From: Candidatus Sulfotelmatobacter sp.
GTDB lineage: Bacteria; Acidobacteriota; Terriglobia; Terriglobales; Acidobacteriaceae
NCBI GenBank assembly: GCA_035266285.1
Contig: DATFNR010000059.1
Location: 5,136-69,135 of the forward strand
Direction: 5' to 3'
Length of the DNA stretch: 64,000 nucleotides
Shown here: piece by piece, positions 12,535 through 22,231 of the stretch
Numbering within the stretch: the stretch's first letter is position 1
How the letters are laid out: every line of letters begins with the position of its first letter
The notes under the pieces: model-generated
Databases searched by the model: none
The model's input: the letters and a program-made list of their open reading frames with translations, nothing else
Told to the model about the DNA's origin: nothing
Position numbers and translations under genes: made by a program

Positions 12535-14406
12535 CTAACTTCCAGCCACGGCCCTGGGTGCTTCCATGTTGGCGAATTGCAATTCGTAGAGTCGCCGGTA
12601 GGTGCCGAGTTTTTGCATCAACTGCTCGTGCGGACCGATGTCGGCGATGGCGCCGTTCTCAATCACAACGATCCGATCTGCACGCCGCACCGTCGAAAGC
12701 CGGTGTGCGATCACGAACACCGTGCGCCCAGTCATCAGATTGTGCAGCGCCGACTGCACCATCGCCTCCGACTCGCTGTCGAGCGCTGACGTGGCTTCGT
12801 CCAGAATGAGGATCGGCGCGTTCTTCAGCAAGGCCCGCGCAATGGCCAGCCGCTGCCGTTCGCCGCCCGAGAGCCGCACGCCGCGCTCACCGATCACGGT
12901 ATCGTACCCCGCTGGCAGCAAGCGAATGAAGTCGTGCGCCAGCGCCGCCCGTGCCGCCGCCTCTACTTCTTTCTGCGCGACGTTCGGTTGGCCGTAAGCG
13001 ATGTTGTTGCGCACAGTATCGTTGAACAGGACAGTCTCCTGCGTGACGATGCCGATTTGCCTTCGCAGCGAAGCCAGCGTCACCTCGCGCACGTCGTGTC
13101 CGTCCACCAGCAGATGGCCGCCCGTCACGTCAAAGAATCGCGGAATCAGGTGGACCAGCGTGCTCTTGCCTGCTCCACTCGAGCCCACCACGGCCAGCAC
13201 CTCGCCTCGCCGGATTTCCAGGTCGATGCCGCGCAAAACTTCCCGAGCATCCGGTCCGTCGCCCTCATACTTAAAGAAGACATTGTCGAATCGGATGCTC
13301 TCGGCAAAGCGCGGCAGCGGCTTCGCGCCTGGTTTGTCGCGCAACACGTCTTCCGCATCCATGAACTTGAACAGCTCCGACGACGCGCCCAGCGCTTGCT
13401 GGAAACTGTTGTTGAAGACGGCAAACTTGCGCACCGGGTTGTACATGCTCAGAACAGCCGCGACAAAAGTAACGAACGCGCCCAGCGTCATCTCGTTGTG
13501 CGCGATGCGGTCGCGGCCCAGCAGAAGCAACATCGCGATCGCAATTGCTCCGAAGATGTCCATCAGCGGCGAACTGATCGCCGCCGCCGCTACCGAGCGC
13601 AGGTTGGCGCGGAAAAGCCGCTGTGCCGCTCCCTTAAAGCGCGCCACCTCCCACGATTCCATCCCAAAAGCCTTGACGATGCGATTCCCGGTGATGGTCT
13701 CATGCAAAATGTTCTGCACGTCAGCCAGCTGATCTTGCCCGCGCCGCGTCGTGGTGCGCACGCGGCGCCCGATTCGCACCGCGGAATAAATAATGAAGGG
13801 AACGACCAGCACCAGCACCCAAGCCAGACCTCCCCCTAGAATCACGACCGCCACCGCAATAAAGATGAAGGTGAAGATTTGCTGCAGAAACTCCGCCAGA
13901 ATGCTCGACATGGCGAACTGCACCCGCTCAATGTCGTTGATGATGGTCGAAATCAACGTTCCCGTCGTGTGCTTCTGAAAAAAAGCCGCCGAGCGCTGCA
14001 ACACCGAGTTGTACAAATCGTTGCGCAGGTTCGTGATCATCCCGAACCCGGCATGGTTCACGAGATACGTCCCCGTGTAGTCGAAGATCCCCTTTACCAC
14101 CGTCGAAGCTACCAGCGCGTACGCGACAATGGTCCAGGCATTGTGGAAGTGTGCTGGAACGAACCACTGCAGATAAATCGGCTTGTCGATTCGCGGGATG
14201 GTAAACAGAACGATGTTTTCCGAACCCGATGACGGGTTCAATACGCGGTCCAGCACCGGCTTCAGCAGCATCAGGCGGAACGCTTCGAGAAAACCTACAG
14301 CCGCGAGCAAAACTACGCCCGGCAACAACTGCAGCAGGAAGGGAAACACGTAGCGGACGAGGCGCGTCACTTGCCGCATGGGACTCCCATGCGGGGCAGG
14401 CCGCAA
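12535..14406 (-). CDS. ABC transporter permease/ATP-binding fusion (MsbA-like exporter)
   Basis: 623 aa with a six-helix TMD followed by an NBD. Walker A is GSSGAGKST, the signature is LSGGERQR and Walker B is ILILDEATSALD. An alternative start at 14379 (MRQVTRL) is possible. Confidence 0.88.
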   Translation of the reverse strand: MRPAPHGSPMRQVTRLVRYVFPFLLQLLPGVVLLAAVGFLEAFRLMLLKPVLDRVLNPSSGSENIVLFTIPRIDKPIYLQWFVPAHFHNAWTIVAYALVASTVVKGIFDYTGTYLVNHAGFGMITNLRNDLYNSVLQRSAAFFQKHTTGTLISTIINDIERVQFAMSSILAEFLQQIFTFIFIAVAVVILGGGLAWVLVLVVPFIIYSAVRIGRRVRTTTRRGQDQLADVQNILHETITGNRIVKAFGMESWEVARFKGAAQRLFRANLRSVAAAAISSPLMDIFGAIAIAMLLLLGRDRIAHNEMTLGAFVTFVAAVLSMYNPVRKFAVFNNSFQQALGASSELFKFMDAEDVLRDKPGAKPLPRFAESIRFDNVFFKYEGDGPDAREVLRGIDLEIRRGEVLAVVGSSGAGKSTLVHLIPRFFDVTGGHLLVDGHDVREVTLASLRRQIGIVTQETVLFNDTVRNNIAYGQPNVAQKEVEAAARAALAHDFIRLLPAGYDTVIGERGVRLSGGERQRLAIARALLKNAPILILDEATSALDSESEAMVQSALHNLMTGRTVFVIAHRLSTVRRADRIVVIENGAIADIGPHEQLMQKLGTYRRLYELQFANMEAPRAVAGS

Positions 14407-14515
14407 TCGCTGGCTGCCGGTCGAAGAGGCATCGTTTGCAAGGCCCTATTCTACCTCGCCCGGCAACCGCCGCCCTCGTGGCCGCGCGCAGCCCAGGGGC
14501 TGTCAGAGGTCGCGG

Positions 14516-14596
14516 GAATTTCCGATTGCCGATTTTCGATCGCCGATTGAAATCGCAATTCATGCAATGGCAATCAGCAATCGCAAACTGAAAATC
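14516..14596. repeat. Family C palindromic element, copy 2, between the ABC exporter and rapZ
   Basis: TTCCGATTGCCGATTTTCGATCGCCGATTG ... GGCAATCAGCAATCGCAAACTGAAAATC. It is nearly collinear with copy 1. Confidence 0.65.
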
Positions 14597-15566
14597 AGTT
14601 CGGGCTGTCTCTATGCACGACTTTCACCCGATACTCCGCCCGGCGCAAATACTTGCCCACTTCCTCGGCGATCATGACCGACCGGTGCTGTCCGCCCGTG
14701 CACCCAAACGCGATCGTCAAATAAGCCTTGCCTTCGTGAACGTAGTGCGGCAAAAGGTAGACCAGCAGGTCGGAGATGCGCGAGATGAATTCGCGCGTCT
14801 GCGGAAACGAGCGAATGTAACGGGCCACGCGCGGATCCCGCCCCGTCAAGGGCCGGAACTCGGGCACAAAATGCGGGTTGGGCAGGAAGCGCACGTCGAA
14901 GACCAGGTCCGCATCCTCCGGCACTCCCCGCCGGAAGCCGAAGCTGACAATCGACACCAGAATGCTGTTCTCCGATGACTGTTTGTGAAAGCGCTCGGTG
15001 ATATGCTCCCGCAGCTCGTGCACGTTGAACTTGGAAGTGTCGATGACGAGATCAGCCAGTCGCCGGATCGCTCCCAAATGCCGCCGCTCGGCCTTCAGCG
15101 CGGACTGCACCGGCGCATCGGTGCCGAGAGGGTGCGGGCGCCGCGTCTCGCTGAAACGCCGCAGCAGCACGGCGTCCGAAGCTTCCAGAAACACGACCTT
15201 GGTCGGAATCATCCGCCGCACCGATTTCAGAATCCCCGGCAGTCGATCCAGCTTCGATCCCTCGCGCACGTCCACCACCAGCGCAGTGCGGCGGCTTTCG
15301 CTCGATTGCATCGACAGCTCGGCGAACTGCGGGATCAACTGCACCGGCAAGTTGTCCACGCAGTAGTAGCCCAGATCCTCGAAGGCCTTCAGCACTGAAG
15401 CCTTTCCCGATCCGCTCATCCCCGTGATGATCACCAGTTCCGGCGAATTCTTCCCCTCGCGCGCCGTCTTGCCGCGCTCCTTCCCCCGCTTCCGAATAGG
15501 TCCGGAGGAGCGCCGGACTTTGCTCGATCGGGTCTTCATAAGCTGGATAGTAGCATCGAAGCGCAA
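14595..15566 (-). CDS. rapZ: RNase adapter protein RapZ (P-loop NTPase YvcJ/YhbJ family)
   Basis: [30 protein letters not shown]...CTGGQHRSV. The basic N-terminal leader makes the exact start uncertain; an alternative start lies at 15539. Confidence 0.88.
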   Translation of the reverse strand: MRFDATIQLMKTRSSKVRRSSGPIRKRGKERGKTAREGKNSPELVIITGMSGSGKASVLKAFEDLGYYCVDNLPVQLIPQFAELSMQSSESRRTALVVDVREGSKLDRLPGILKSVRRMIPTKVVFLEASDAVLLRRFSETRRPHPLGTDAPVQSALKAERRHLGAIRRLADLVIDTSKFNVHELREHITERFHKQSSENSILVSIVSFGFRRGVPEDADLVFDVRFLPNPHFVPEFRPLTGRDPRVARYIRSFPQTREFISRISDLLVYLLPHYVHEGKAYLTIAFGCTGGQHRSVMIAEEVGKYLRRAEYRVKVVHRDSPN

Positions 15567-15612
15567 CCCGCGCTCCTCTCGGCATTATCTGTCGAGATTC
15601 CGCAAGTGAGTA

Positions 15613-15660
15613 CAATCAGCAATCGCAAATCGGCAATCGTCCATCGCAAATTCCCGATTG
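15613..15660. repeat. Family C element, half copy (one arm) in the rapZ/mbfA divergent region
   Basis: CAATCAGCAATCGCAAATCGGCAATCG..CATCGCAAATTCCCGATTG uses the same words as copies 1 and 2. It produces the spurious N-terminal extension of ORF 15606. Confidence 0.5.
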
Positions 15661-15695
15661 TCACTTTCTTGCGCCCGCCTGTAATCTATGGCGAC

Positions 15696-16652
15696 ATGAA
15701 AAAGTTCGAAGACCTCACCGAACGGGAAGTTCTCGCCCTCGCCATCACGCTCGAAGAAGAAGACGAACGCGTCTATTCCGATTTTGCCGAGGGCTTGCGC
15801 GCAGACTATCCGGCCACTGCTTCCATGTTCGAAGCCATGCGCGAAGAAGAATCCGGCCACCGCCGCCGGTTGCTCGAGCTGTTCCGGTCAAAGTTCGGCG
15901 AGCACATCCCGCTCATCCGCCGCCAGGACGTACGCGGCTTCGTCGAGCGCCCGGCGCTGTGGCTGGTGCGCCCGCTGCGCATTGAAGCCGTGCGCAAAGA
16001 AGCCTCTGCCATGGAGGTCGAGACGAGGCGTTTTTATGAGAAGGCCGCGGCCCGCACCCAGGACGCCAGCATCCGCCAGTTGCTCGACGATCTCGCCAAC
16101 GAAGAGCGCACGCACGAAACTCGCGCTCAGGAACTCGACAAGCAAAAACTCCCCGGTAACGTGAAGGAAGACGAAGAGCGGGCGCAGCGCCGGCTCTTCG
16201 TTCTACAGATCGTACAGCCAGGCTTGGCGGGGTTGATGGATGGTTCGGTTTCGACATTGGCGCCGGTATTCGCGGCTGCTTTCGCCACAACCAACAGTTG
16301 GGATGCCTTCCGGGTGGGCCTGGCAGCCTCGGCGGGAGCAGGCATCAGCATGGGATTTGCAGAAGCGCTCTCCGATGACGGCAGCCTTACCGGGCGGGGG
16401 CATCCCTGGGTGCGCGGCGTGATCTGCGGAGCGATGACGGCGCTGGGCGGAATCGGGCACACGCTGCCATTCCTGCTGAGCGACTTCCACAGGGCTCTGT
16501 GGGCTGCGGGCGTGGTTGTGGTTGCCGAGTTGGCCACAATCACCTGGATACGACGCCGTTATATGGATAGTCCGTGGCTTTCGGCTGCGCTTCAGGTCGG
16601 GTTGGGCGGAGTGCTGGTGTTTATCACGGGATGGCTGATCGGAAGCTCGTGA
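15696..16652 (+). CDS. mbfA: Membrane-bound ferritin-like / VIT1 (CCC1) family iron exporter
   Basis: The N-terminal erythrin/ferritin-like domain has ExxH-type motifs ([13 protein letters not shown]..., [17 protein letters not shown]). The C-terminal part is a polytopic VIT1-like domain. I chose the ATG at 15696 (MKKFEDL). Confidence 0.8.
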   Translation: MKKFEDLTEREVLALAITLEEEDERVYSDFAEGLRADYPATASMFEAMREEESGHRRRLLELFRSKFGEHIPLIRRQDVRGFVERPALWLVRPLRIEAVRKEASAMEVETRRFYEKAAARTQDASIRQLLDDLANEERTHETRAQELDKQKLPGNVKEDEERAQRRLFVLQIVQPGLAGLMDGSVSTLAPVFAAAFATTNSWDAFRVGLAASAGAGISMGFAEALSDDGSLTGRGHPWVRGVICGAMTALGGIGHTLPFLLSDFHRALWAAGVVVVAELATITWIRRRYMDSPWLSAALQVGLGGVLVFITGWLIGSS

Positions 16653-16667
16653 GAATCAATTCTTGCA

Positions 16668-16772
16668 AGTTGATTGTTGAATAAGAGCCTGAATGGCCGG
16701 CGCGTCGGGTAGATTCCAACCGTCCGGGCCAGAGGTTTTTCATTCAACAATCAACAATCATCATTCAACAAT
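16668..16772. repeat. CAACAAT-word palindromic element (family E) between convergent mbfA and the creatininase-family gene
   Basis: GTTGATTGTTGAAT ... ATTCAACAATCAACAATCATCATTCAACAAT. The outer arms are complementary and enclose a GC-rich core. Confidence 0.55.
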
Positions 16773-16775
16773 GCT

Positions 16776-17687
16776 CTACGGCTGCGTCTCCAGCGGGTGC
16801 GCGCTCTTCTCGTAGAATTCGTTTTGCAGCTTCAGGCTGACGTCGTCGGCCTTGATCGCGCGGATCGCCTTCGCCACCGAATCCACCCACCACTTCATCT
16901 GATATTCGCCGAGCTCTTTCGTGGCTGCCGAGCCGTCGCCTGAGTAGTGATTGGGAAAACGCGCGTACCACCAGATGCCGGTGTACACTCCTTCCGGTAG
17001 ATTCTGGCGATGCTGGTCCGCGCCCGACTCGTTCGTGGCCCGATCGAGATGCACAGTGTCCGGACGCGAGATCATCATCTTCGAAGTCTCGCTCTCGCCC
17101 GCGTGCATGTCGATCGTCGTTTTCTTCGCCGGCCCGCCGGTGTGCGGCAAGCGCTCGTCGAAAACATAGACTACATAATCATGCGGCCTGTCCAGCTGCG
17201 TCTGCGCAAAATAGGGCAGCAGGTGCTCATTCCCGCCGTGCCCGTTGACGATCAGGACTTTCTTGCATCCATTGCGCGCCATCTCGTCGGTCGTTTCCTG
17301 CAGCAACGCCAGCTGCAGGCTTCGGCTATAAGCCATCGTGCCCGGCTCATGCTTGGCCTCGGCAATCTGCCCAAAATAATATTCGGGGAATACAACGGCA
17401 TACTCCTGCTCCGCTGCGTGCAGCGCCGCATAGCGCACGTCGAGCAGATCGGTGCCCAGCGGCAGGTGCGGCCCGTGCTTCTCCAGAATGCCGAACGGCA
17501 GCAGACACGTCCCCTGCGCGCGCCGAATCCCTTCGCGGAAGTCGGCAGCCGTAAGCTCCTCCCAATGCACCGAGAGCTTGTCGGACGCCGGCGTAACCTG
17601 TGCTTGGACGGCTCGAGGCGCAATCAGCGCCAGAAGAACCGAAAATACGAGGAAGGAATAGAGGTTACGGTGGCGGATCGCGCGCAT
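16776..17687 (-). CDS. Creatininase-family amidohydrolase with an N-terminal signal peptide
   Basis: 303 aa containing LPFGILEKHGPHLPLGTD and IVNGHGGN, the creatininase-family metal-site motifs. The N-terminus YSFLVFSVLLALIAPRAVQAQ looks Sec-type. Confidence 0.75.
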   Translation of the reverse strand: MRAIRHRNLYSFLVFSVLLALIAPRAVQAQVTPASDKLSVHWEELTAADFREGIRRAQGTCLLPFGILEKHGPHLPLGTDLLDVRYAALHAAEQEYAVVFPEYYFGQIAEAKHEPGTMAYSRSLQLALLQETTDEMARNGCKKVLIVNGHGGNEHLLPYFAQTQLDRPHDYVVYVFDERLPHTGGPAKKTTIDMHAGESETSKMMISRPDTVHLDRATNESGADQHRQNLPEGVYTGIWWYARFPNHYSGDGSAATKELGEYQMKWWVDSVAKAIRAIKADDVSLKLQNEFYEKSAHPLETQP

Positions 17688-17811
17688 CGATGATGTCTCC
17701 CGCCGCGCATTCTAGCACGCGATTCCTAGCCATTAAAACGTATCAATAGACAAACCGAGCTGCGGAGGCAGGGGCCCAGCAGGCGCTTCAAAAGAGATCC
17801 TCCACACCCTT

Positions 17812-17930
17812 GTCATTCCGAGAAGCGCAGCGCCGAGGAACCTGCTTTCTGCCGGCCGCGAAGGCCGCCCCACCCCCGGAGCCTGCCCTGAGCGAAGTCG
17901 AAGGGCGGTTTTCGAAGGGTGGGCAACACT
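17812..17930. repeat. GC-rich composite hairpin element (family I, copy 1): GTCATTCCGAG...GCCTGCCCTGAGCGAAGTCGAAGGG
   Basis: It shares GTCATYCYGAG and GCCTGCCCTGAGC..GTCGAAGGG with 45908-46021. Confidence 0.6.
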
Positions 17931-17935
17931 CGCTC

Positions 17936-18367
17936 CTACTTCAGGAAAATCTCCTGCAGCAGTTCCGAGCTGATCGTCTCCCGGATCTCCTGACGCTTCT
18001 CACCCAGCTGCTGCCCGGCCTGCTTGCTGCCCAGGATTTTGTCGCGGACCATTTCGCCCTTAGCGGCCAGGCCGTCCATAGCCGCATGGTTCTTGTACTC
18101 CACGGCAAGACAAAGGTCCCAGTCCTCAGGACCGTTCTTCGTCTCTTTCAGGAAGATTTTGTAATCCGTGACCATCCCCTGGCGCTTTTCTTCCTCCAGC
18201 ATCGGCTTGCTCGACTGGCGCAGGCTGGCCAGGTATTCATCCATGTGTGTCGGTTTCACGCGCACCAGGGTCACGCGCCAGACCGGACCCTCCGTGTAGT
18301 GCTCCTGAGCAAACAGCGCAGGGGCGAGGCACGACAGCAGTACCACGAGCCCAAAGAGCTTCTTCAT
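17936..18367 (-). CDS. Small secreted hypothetical protein
   Basis: 143 aa from the internal ATG at 18365-18367 (MKKLFGLVVLLSCLAPALFAQ, a signal peptide). The longer track ORF reads through repeat family D. I recognise no family. Confidence 0.5.
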   Translation of the reverse strand: MKKLFGLVVLLSCLAPALFAQEHYTEGPVWRVTLVRVKPTHMDEYLASLRQSSKPMLEEEKRQGMVTDYKIFLKETKNGPEDWDLCLAVEYKNHAAMDGLAAKGEMVRDKILGSKQAGQQLGEKRQEIRETISSELLQEIFLK

Positions 18368-18435
18368 AGTAGTCTCCAGAATTGAAGTGGATTGCAACGC
18401 CGAAGGATCATACGCCTGGGAAGGCGCGATTTTGA

Positions 18436-18533
18436 AATTCATTGACCACAAAGGGCACGAAGTCTCACAAAGGAACCCAAATCTCCCCGGCTTCCCTTCG
18501 TGTGCCTTCGTGCCCTTCGTGGTCAATGAATTT
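18436..18533. repeat. Family D hairpin element, copy 2
   Basis: AATTCATTGACCACAAAGGGCACGAAG ... CTTCGTGTGCCTTCGTGCCCTTCGTGGTCAATGAATT, with long, nearly perfect outer arms. Confidence 0.65.
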
Positions 18534-18568
18534 AGCCCAAGCCCGAAAACCAAAAGCCGGCCTCCACG

Positions 18569-19177
18569 CTAAGGCGCTTCGATCAACTCCATCTTCCCAT
18601 CGCGCTTGCGGTGCAGCACCATGACTTTCCCCTTGGGATCGCGGAACACGAACACATCACGATCGCGAAAGTGCGCTTCCTTAATCGCTTCCTCGAGCGT
18701 CATGGGGCGCATCGCAACCGCCTCTTCCGACCGCACGAGGTGCACCTCGGTTGTCTTAGCCACGGCCGGAAATCTGTGCACCAGCACCGGCACCGCAGTC
18801 TTCTCCGTCAGGCCCACAGCCGTCTGCGCCTCGGCCGGCTCCGAGTGCCCGCTCCACTTGTTCGCTTCTTCGTTCTTGCGCGCCGTGCGTTTCTTGGTCT
18901 CCCAGCGCGCCTTATACTTCATGGCCTGCTTCTGCAGATGCTCCAGCGCGTCGTTCACTGCGATCTTCATGTCGCGCGCCTGCGCCAGCCCAACCAGCGG
19001 CCCCTTGCGCGGGCTGATGGTGATTTCTGCTTTATGGCGATGCTTTTCGACAGCGAGAATTACTTTCGTATCAAACCGGTCGCCCAGAATTTTGCGGATT
19101 TTTGTAAGGCCAGTTTCCACTTCTTTGCGGATGGTGGGAGTTACTTCGTAGTGCCTTCCGGTATATTCCACGTTCAT
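18569..19177 (-). CDS. hpf: Ribosome hibernation promoting factor, long form
   Basis: MNVEYTGRHYEVTPTIRKEVE...HKAEITI is the S30AE/HPF N-domain. The C-terminal part (RPMTLEEAI..., VFVFRD) is the dimerisation domain. I chose the ATG at 19175-19177. The gene lies directly downstream of rpoN, as in the canonical operon. Confidence 0.9.
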   Translation of the reverse strand: MNVEYTGRHYEVTPTIRKEVETGLTKIRKILGDRFDTKVILAVEKHRHKAEITISPRKGPLVGLAQARDMKIAVNDALEHLQKQAMKYKARWETKKRTARKNEEANKWSGHSEPAEAQTAVGLTEKTAVPVLVHRFPAVAKTTEVHLVRSEEAVAMRPMTLEEAIKEAHFRDRDVFVFRDPKGKVMVLHRKRDGKMELIEAP

Positions 19178-19232
19178 GAGCGCCCCCTCCTGAAATTGCT
19201 GCGTTCGAGTCAAATCGGGCACTGCATTGGAA

Positions 19233-19335
19233 CTAATTGGGTAATTGAGAAATTTAGTAATTGTGCAATTGAGAGATCGAACAATGCGAACTCGCACTTC
19301 AATTTCTCAATTACCCAATTGCACAATTGCTCAAT
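19233..19335. repeat. Family A AATTG-word element, copy 2, between rpoN and hpf
   Basis: An exact 20-bp inverted pair, AATTGGGTAATTGAGAAATT (19235-19254) and AATTTCTCAATTACCCAATT (19301-19320), plus flanking AATTGTGCAATTGAG words. Confidence 0.7.
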
Positions 19336-21141
19336 CTACTTCTTCACCCTTCTCTGGTGCGTGCTCGGGATGCGCATGTCTTCCCGGTATTTCGCCACCG
19401 TGCGGCGCGTCACCTGGATGCCTTGCGATTGAAGAATGCGCGTGATCTGCTCGTCGGTCAACGGACGGCTGGGGTCTTCCTCGTCGATGAGCTTCTTGAC
19501 GCGGCGCTTCAGGATGAGCAGCGATGTGTTGCCGCCCTCCGGCCCCTGCACGCTCTCGCTGAAGAAGTATCGCAACTCGAACACGCCCTGCGGCGTGTGC
19601 GCGTACTTGTTGGCCACGGCACGGCTTACCGTAGAAGGATGCACGCCGATTTCTTCGGCCACCTCCTTGATCATCATGGGTTTGAGTTGATCGATGCCGC
19701 GCTCCAGAAAATCCTGCTGCCGCGCGACGATCGAGTAGCAGACTTTAGTGATGGTCTGCTTGCGCTGCTCGATATTCTTGATCAGCTGAATCGCGCTCTT
19801 GTAGCGCTCTTTCACATAGTCCCGCGTAGTCTTGTCGTTCGTGCCATCGCGGGTCACCAGCTTCTTGTAGGCGGGATTCAAGCGCAGCTGAGGCAGGTCT
19901 TCGTCGTTCATGATCACCAGCCACGCGTCGCCGTGCTTCACGAAGGCAACGTCGGGCTCGATCAGCCGAGCCTGCACTTTGTTGTAACGCAGCCCCGGGC
20001 GCGGATCGAGCGTACGGATGTAATGCAGAGCTTGCTCCACGGCTTCAATAGGCCGGCCAATGGCTTTGCCGATTTCTTTGTATTGCTTGTTCTGCAATCC
20101 GCGGAGATGCTGGTCGACCACGGCAATCGCATCCTGCAGCACCTGCTCCGTGCCGTTGCCGTTCTTGTGCAGAGCCAGCTGCGCCTGGTGATAACGAAGC
20201 TGACAGAGCAGGCAACCGCGCAGATCGCGGCAAGCTACACCCGGAGGATCGAGCTGCCGCACGATTTCCAGTGCCTCTTTCAAATCGTCGACGGTAAAGT
20301 TGGGCTTGTAAGCCGGAGCAGCATGAGGCGCAGAAATCGCCGGTTCCGGAGCCGTCGCCACCGCCGCTGCACCCTCTCCCACTCCTGAAGAAAAAGCAGA
20401 CTCCGAAGGCAGGTCAATCTCCTGCCCCAGCCGGTTGATCGCCTCCCCGGCGCTCACATCCACATCGACCTGGCCCAGTTCTGAACCTTCGCTCGATCCG
20501 CCTTCCAGCTCCGGCTCAAGTCCCTTTACTTCACCCAGCCCCAGTGCCGTTGCCTCGCTGACAATGTTCTTAGCCGCCTGAGCATCGGCCTCAGGCGGGG
20601 CCGGTGGCGCAACTCCCAGCAACTCGTCGTCGCTGGCGATCAGGTATCCGTCTTCATTGAGGTTGCCGATGACCTCGTCCGCTGCCTCCCGCACCTCGGG
20701 CCGGAGGCTCAAAGCGCCAAGTTGCCACGCCAGATGGTCGGCCAGATTCGTTGGCTTTGAAAGAAAATTCTCAAACGACGGCCGCTCGATCTCCTCCATC
20801 TCGCTGTGCGTGCGATAGCCGGGATCGAGATAGTCCTGGAAGAATGAGCCAAAATCGATCTCTTCGAACGGATCCTTCTTCTCGACCGCGGTGATGGGAT
20901 TCTCTTCGGGCGTAGCGGCAGCCGCCCGCTCGCGGTCTTCTTCCTTCTTGCCGACTTCGTCGAGCAGCGGAACGGCGTCTTCCAGTTCTTCGAGAACCGG
21001 GTTCTCGACCATCTCGGCGGTGATCATGTCCTTGAGCTCGAGCTTGTTGAGCGCGAGCACAGACACCATCTGCACCAGCCCCGGCGTAAGGATCTGCCGC
21101 TGCGACAGCTTGACGCTCAGTTTGTGCTGTAAGAGAACCAT
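19336..21141 (-). CDS. rpoN: RNA polymerase sigma-54 factor
   Basis: 601 aa. Region I is LSQRQILTPGLVQMVSVLALNKLEL. The C-terminal HTH and RpoN box read GVHPSTVSRAVANKYAHTPQGVFELRYFF. Region II is long and acidic. Confidence 0.94.
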   Translation of the reverse strand: MVLLQHKLSVKLSQRQILTPGLVQMVSVLALNKLELKDMITAEMVENPVLEELEDAVPLLDEVGKKEEDRERAAAATPEENPITAVEKKDPFEEIDFGSFFQDYLDPGYRTHSEMEEIERPSFENFLSKPTNLADHLAWQLGALSLRPEVREAADEVIGNLNEDGYLIASDDELLGVAPPAPPEADAQAAKNIVSEATALGLGEVKGLEPELEGGSSEGSELGQVDVDVSAGEAINRLGQEIDLPSESAFSSGVGEGAAAVATAPEPAISAPHAAPAYKPNFTVDDLKEALEIVRQLDPPGVACRDLRGCLLCQLRYHQAQLALHKNGNGTEQVLQDAIAVVDQHLRGLQNKQYKEIGKAIGRPIEAVEQALHYIRTLDPRPGLRYNKVQARLIEPDVAFVKHGDAWLVIMNDEDLPQLRLNPAYKKLVTRDGTNDKTTRDYVKERYKSAIQLIKNIEQRKQTITKVCYSIVARQQDFLERGIDQLKPMMIKEVAEEIGVHPSTVSRAVANKYAHTPQGVFELRYFFSESVQGPEGGNTSLLILKRRVKKLIDEEDPSRPLTDEQITRILQSQGIQVTRRTVAKYREDMRIPSTHQRRVKK

Positions 21142-21197
21142 GTTTCAAAGTTTCAAGGTTTCAACGCTTCAAAGACTAAAGCCCCAAGGTTTGAATG
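21142..21197. repeat. TTCAA-word simple repeat upstream of rpoN
   Basis: GTTTCAAAGTTTCAAGGTTTCAACGCTTCAAAG...CCAAGGTTTGAA; four TTTCAA/CTTCAA units in tandem. Confidence 0.5.
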
Positions 21198-21208
21198 TCG
21201 GACTCTCG

Positions 21209-21412
21209 CTATTCCAGCTTGTCCAGCCGATCATCGTGACTATCCAGGCGATGCTCGTGCATTTCTGCAACCCGCAAGAGTCTAGCCGTACCTTCAGCCA
21301 CTTCGGTCACCAGTGTGCTCAGGCGATCGATCTGACGATCGTGTTTCTGCGTTTCGAGAGACAATAACTCCAAGCTGTGCGTCAGTGCCTCTAGACGTTC
21401 GTCAATGCTCAT
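21209..21412 (-). CDS. Small coiled-coil hypothetical protein (67 aa)
   Basis: MSIDERLEALTHSLELLSLETQKHDRQIDRLSTLV...HEHRLDSHDDRLDKLE has a heptad-like charged pattern. It sits in the normally tight lptB-rpoN junction and is flanked by simple repeats. Coding status is unproven. Confidence 0.4.
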   Translation of the reverse strand: MSIDERLEALTHSLELLSLETQKHDRQIDRLSTLVTEVAEGTARLLRVAEMHEHRLDSHDDRLDKLE

Positions 21413-21450
21413 AGCTGCTCCATTCCTCTGCTCCTAGGGCGGCAGTACTT

Positions 21451-21484
21451 ACGACCAACGACCAACGACTAGCGACCAACGACG
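21451..21484. repeat. CGACCAA heptamer tandem repeat
   Basis: ACGACCAACGACCAACGACTAGCGACCAACGACG lies just downstream of the lptB stop. Confidence 0.55.
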
Positions 21485-21490
21485 TTCTTC

Positions 21491-22219
21491 TCACACCAGC
21501 GAGAAACTCTCCCCCAAATACACCCTTCTCACTTCCGCATCCCCCGCTAGCTGCCCTGGCGGTCCATGCCGGAAAATCCTGCCCTCATCAATGATGTACG
21601 CCCGATCGGTCACCGAAAGGGTCTCGCGCACGTTGTGATCGGTGATCAGCACTCCAATCCCGCTCGCCCGCAAACTACTGATGATCTTCTGCAAATCGAG
21701 CACGGCAATCGGGTCAATCCCTGAGAACGGCTCATCCAGCAAAATAAACGTGGGATTGATGCACAGGCAGCGGGCGATCTCGACCCTCCGCCGCTCGCCG
21801 CCCGACAACGCATATCCGCGATTCTGCCGGATGTGCTCCAACCCCAGTTCGTCAATAAACTTCTCCATCTTCTCGCGGCGCTCATGCCACGACATGGGCT
21901 GCGCCTCTAAGACCGCGAGGATGTTCTCTTCCACCGTGAGTTTGCGAAAGACCGAAGCTTCTTGAGGGAGATAACTGATGCCATACTGACGCGCCCGCAA
22001 ATACATGGGAACGTCGGTGATGTCCTGACCGTCGTACAGCACGCGGCCAGTATCGGGAGGGATCAGACCGACAATGACATAGAACGTGGTGGTCTTGCCC
22101 GCGCCGTTAGGTCCAAGTAATCCAACCACTTCGCCCTGATCGACGGTCAGGCTGACACCATTTACAGCGCGGCGGCCACGATACGATTTGCCAATTTCCT
22201 CGGTGGCCAGGGTACGCAT
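21491..22219 (-). CDS. lptB: LPS export ABC transporter ATP-binding protein
   Basis: 242 aa. Walker A is GPNGAGKTT, the signature is [13 protein letters not shown] and Walker B is [13 protein letters not shown]. Its position between the LptA-like gene and rpoN matches the canonical operon. Confidence 0.93.
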   Translation of the reverse strand: MRTLATEEIGKSYRGRRAVNGVSLTVDQGEVVGLLGPNGAGKTTTFYVIVGLIPPDTGRVLYDGQDITDVPMYLRARQYGISYLPQEASVFRKLTVEENILAVLEAQPMSWHERREKMEKFIDELGLEHIRQNRGYALSGGERRRVEIARCLCINPTFILLDEPFSGIDPIAVLDLQKIISSLRASGIGVLITDHNVRETLSVTDRAYIIDEGRIFRHGPPGQLAGDAEVRRVYLGESFSLV

Positions 22220-22231
22220 TTAGCTTGCCAC

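Noticed and set aside
10292-15660. Whether the recurring CGATT/GCAATC elements, or any other interspersed repeats, form a CRISPR array.
   Set aside because: The copies are kilobases apart and separated by whole genes. They are imperfect palindromes of variable length, with no regular repeat-spacer periodicity, and no cas genes are present in the window.
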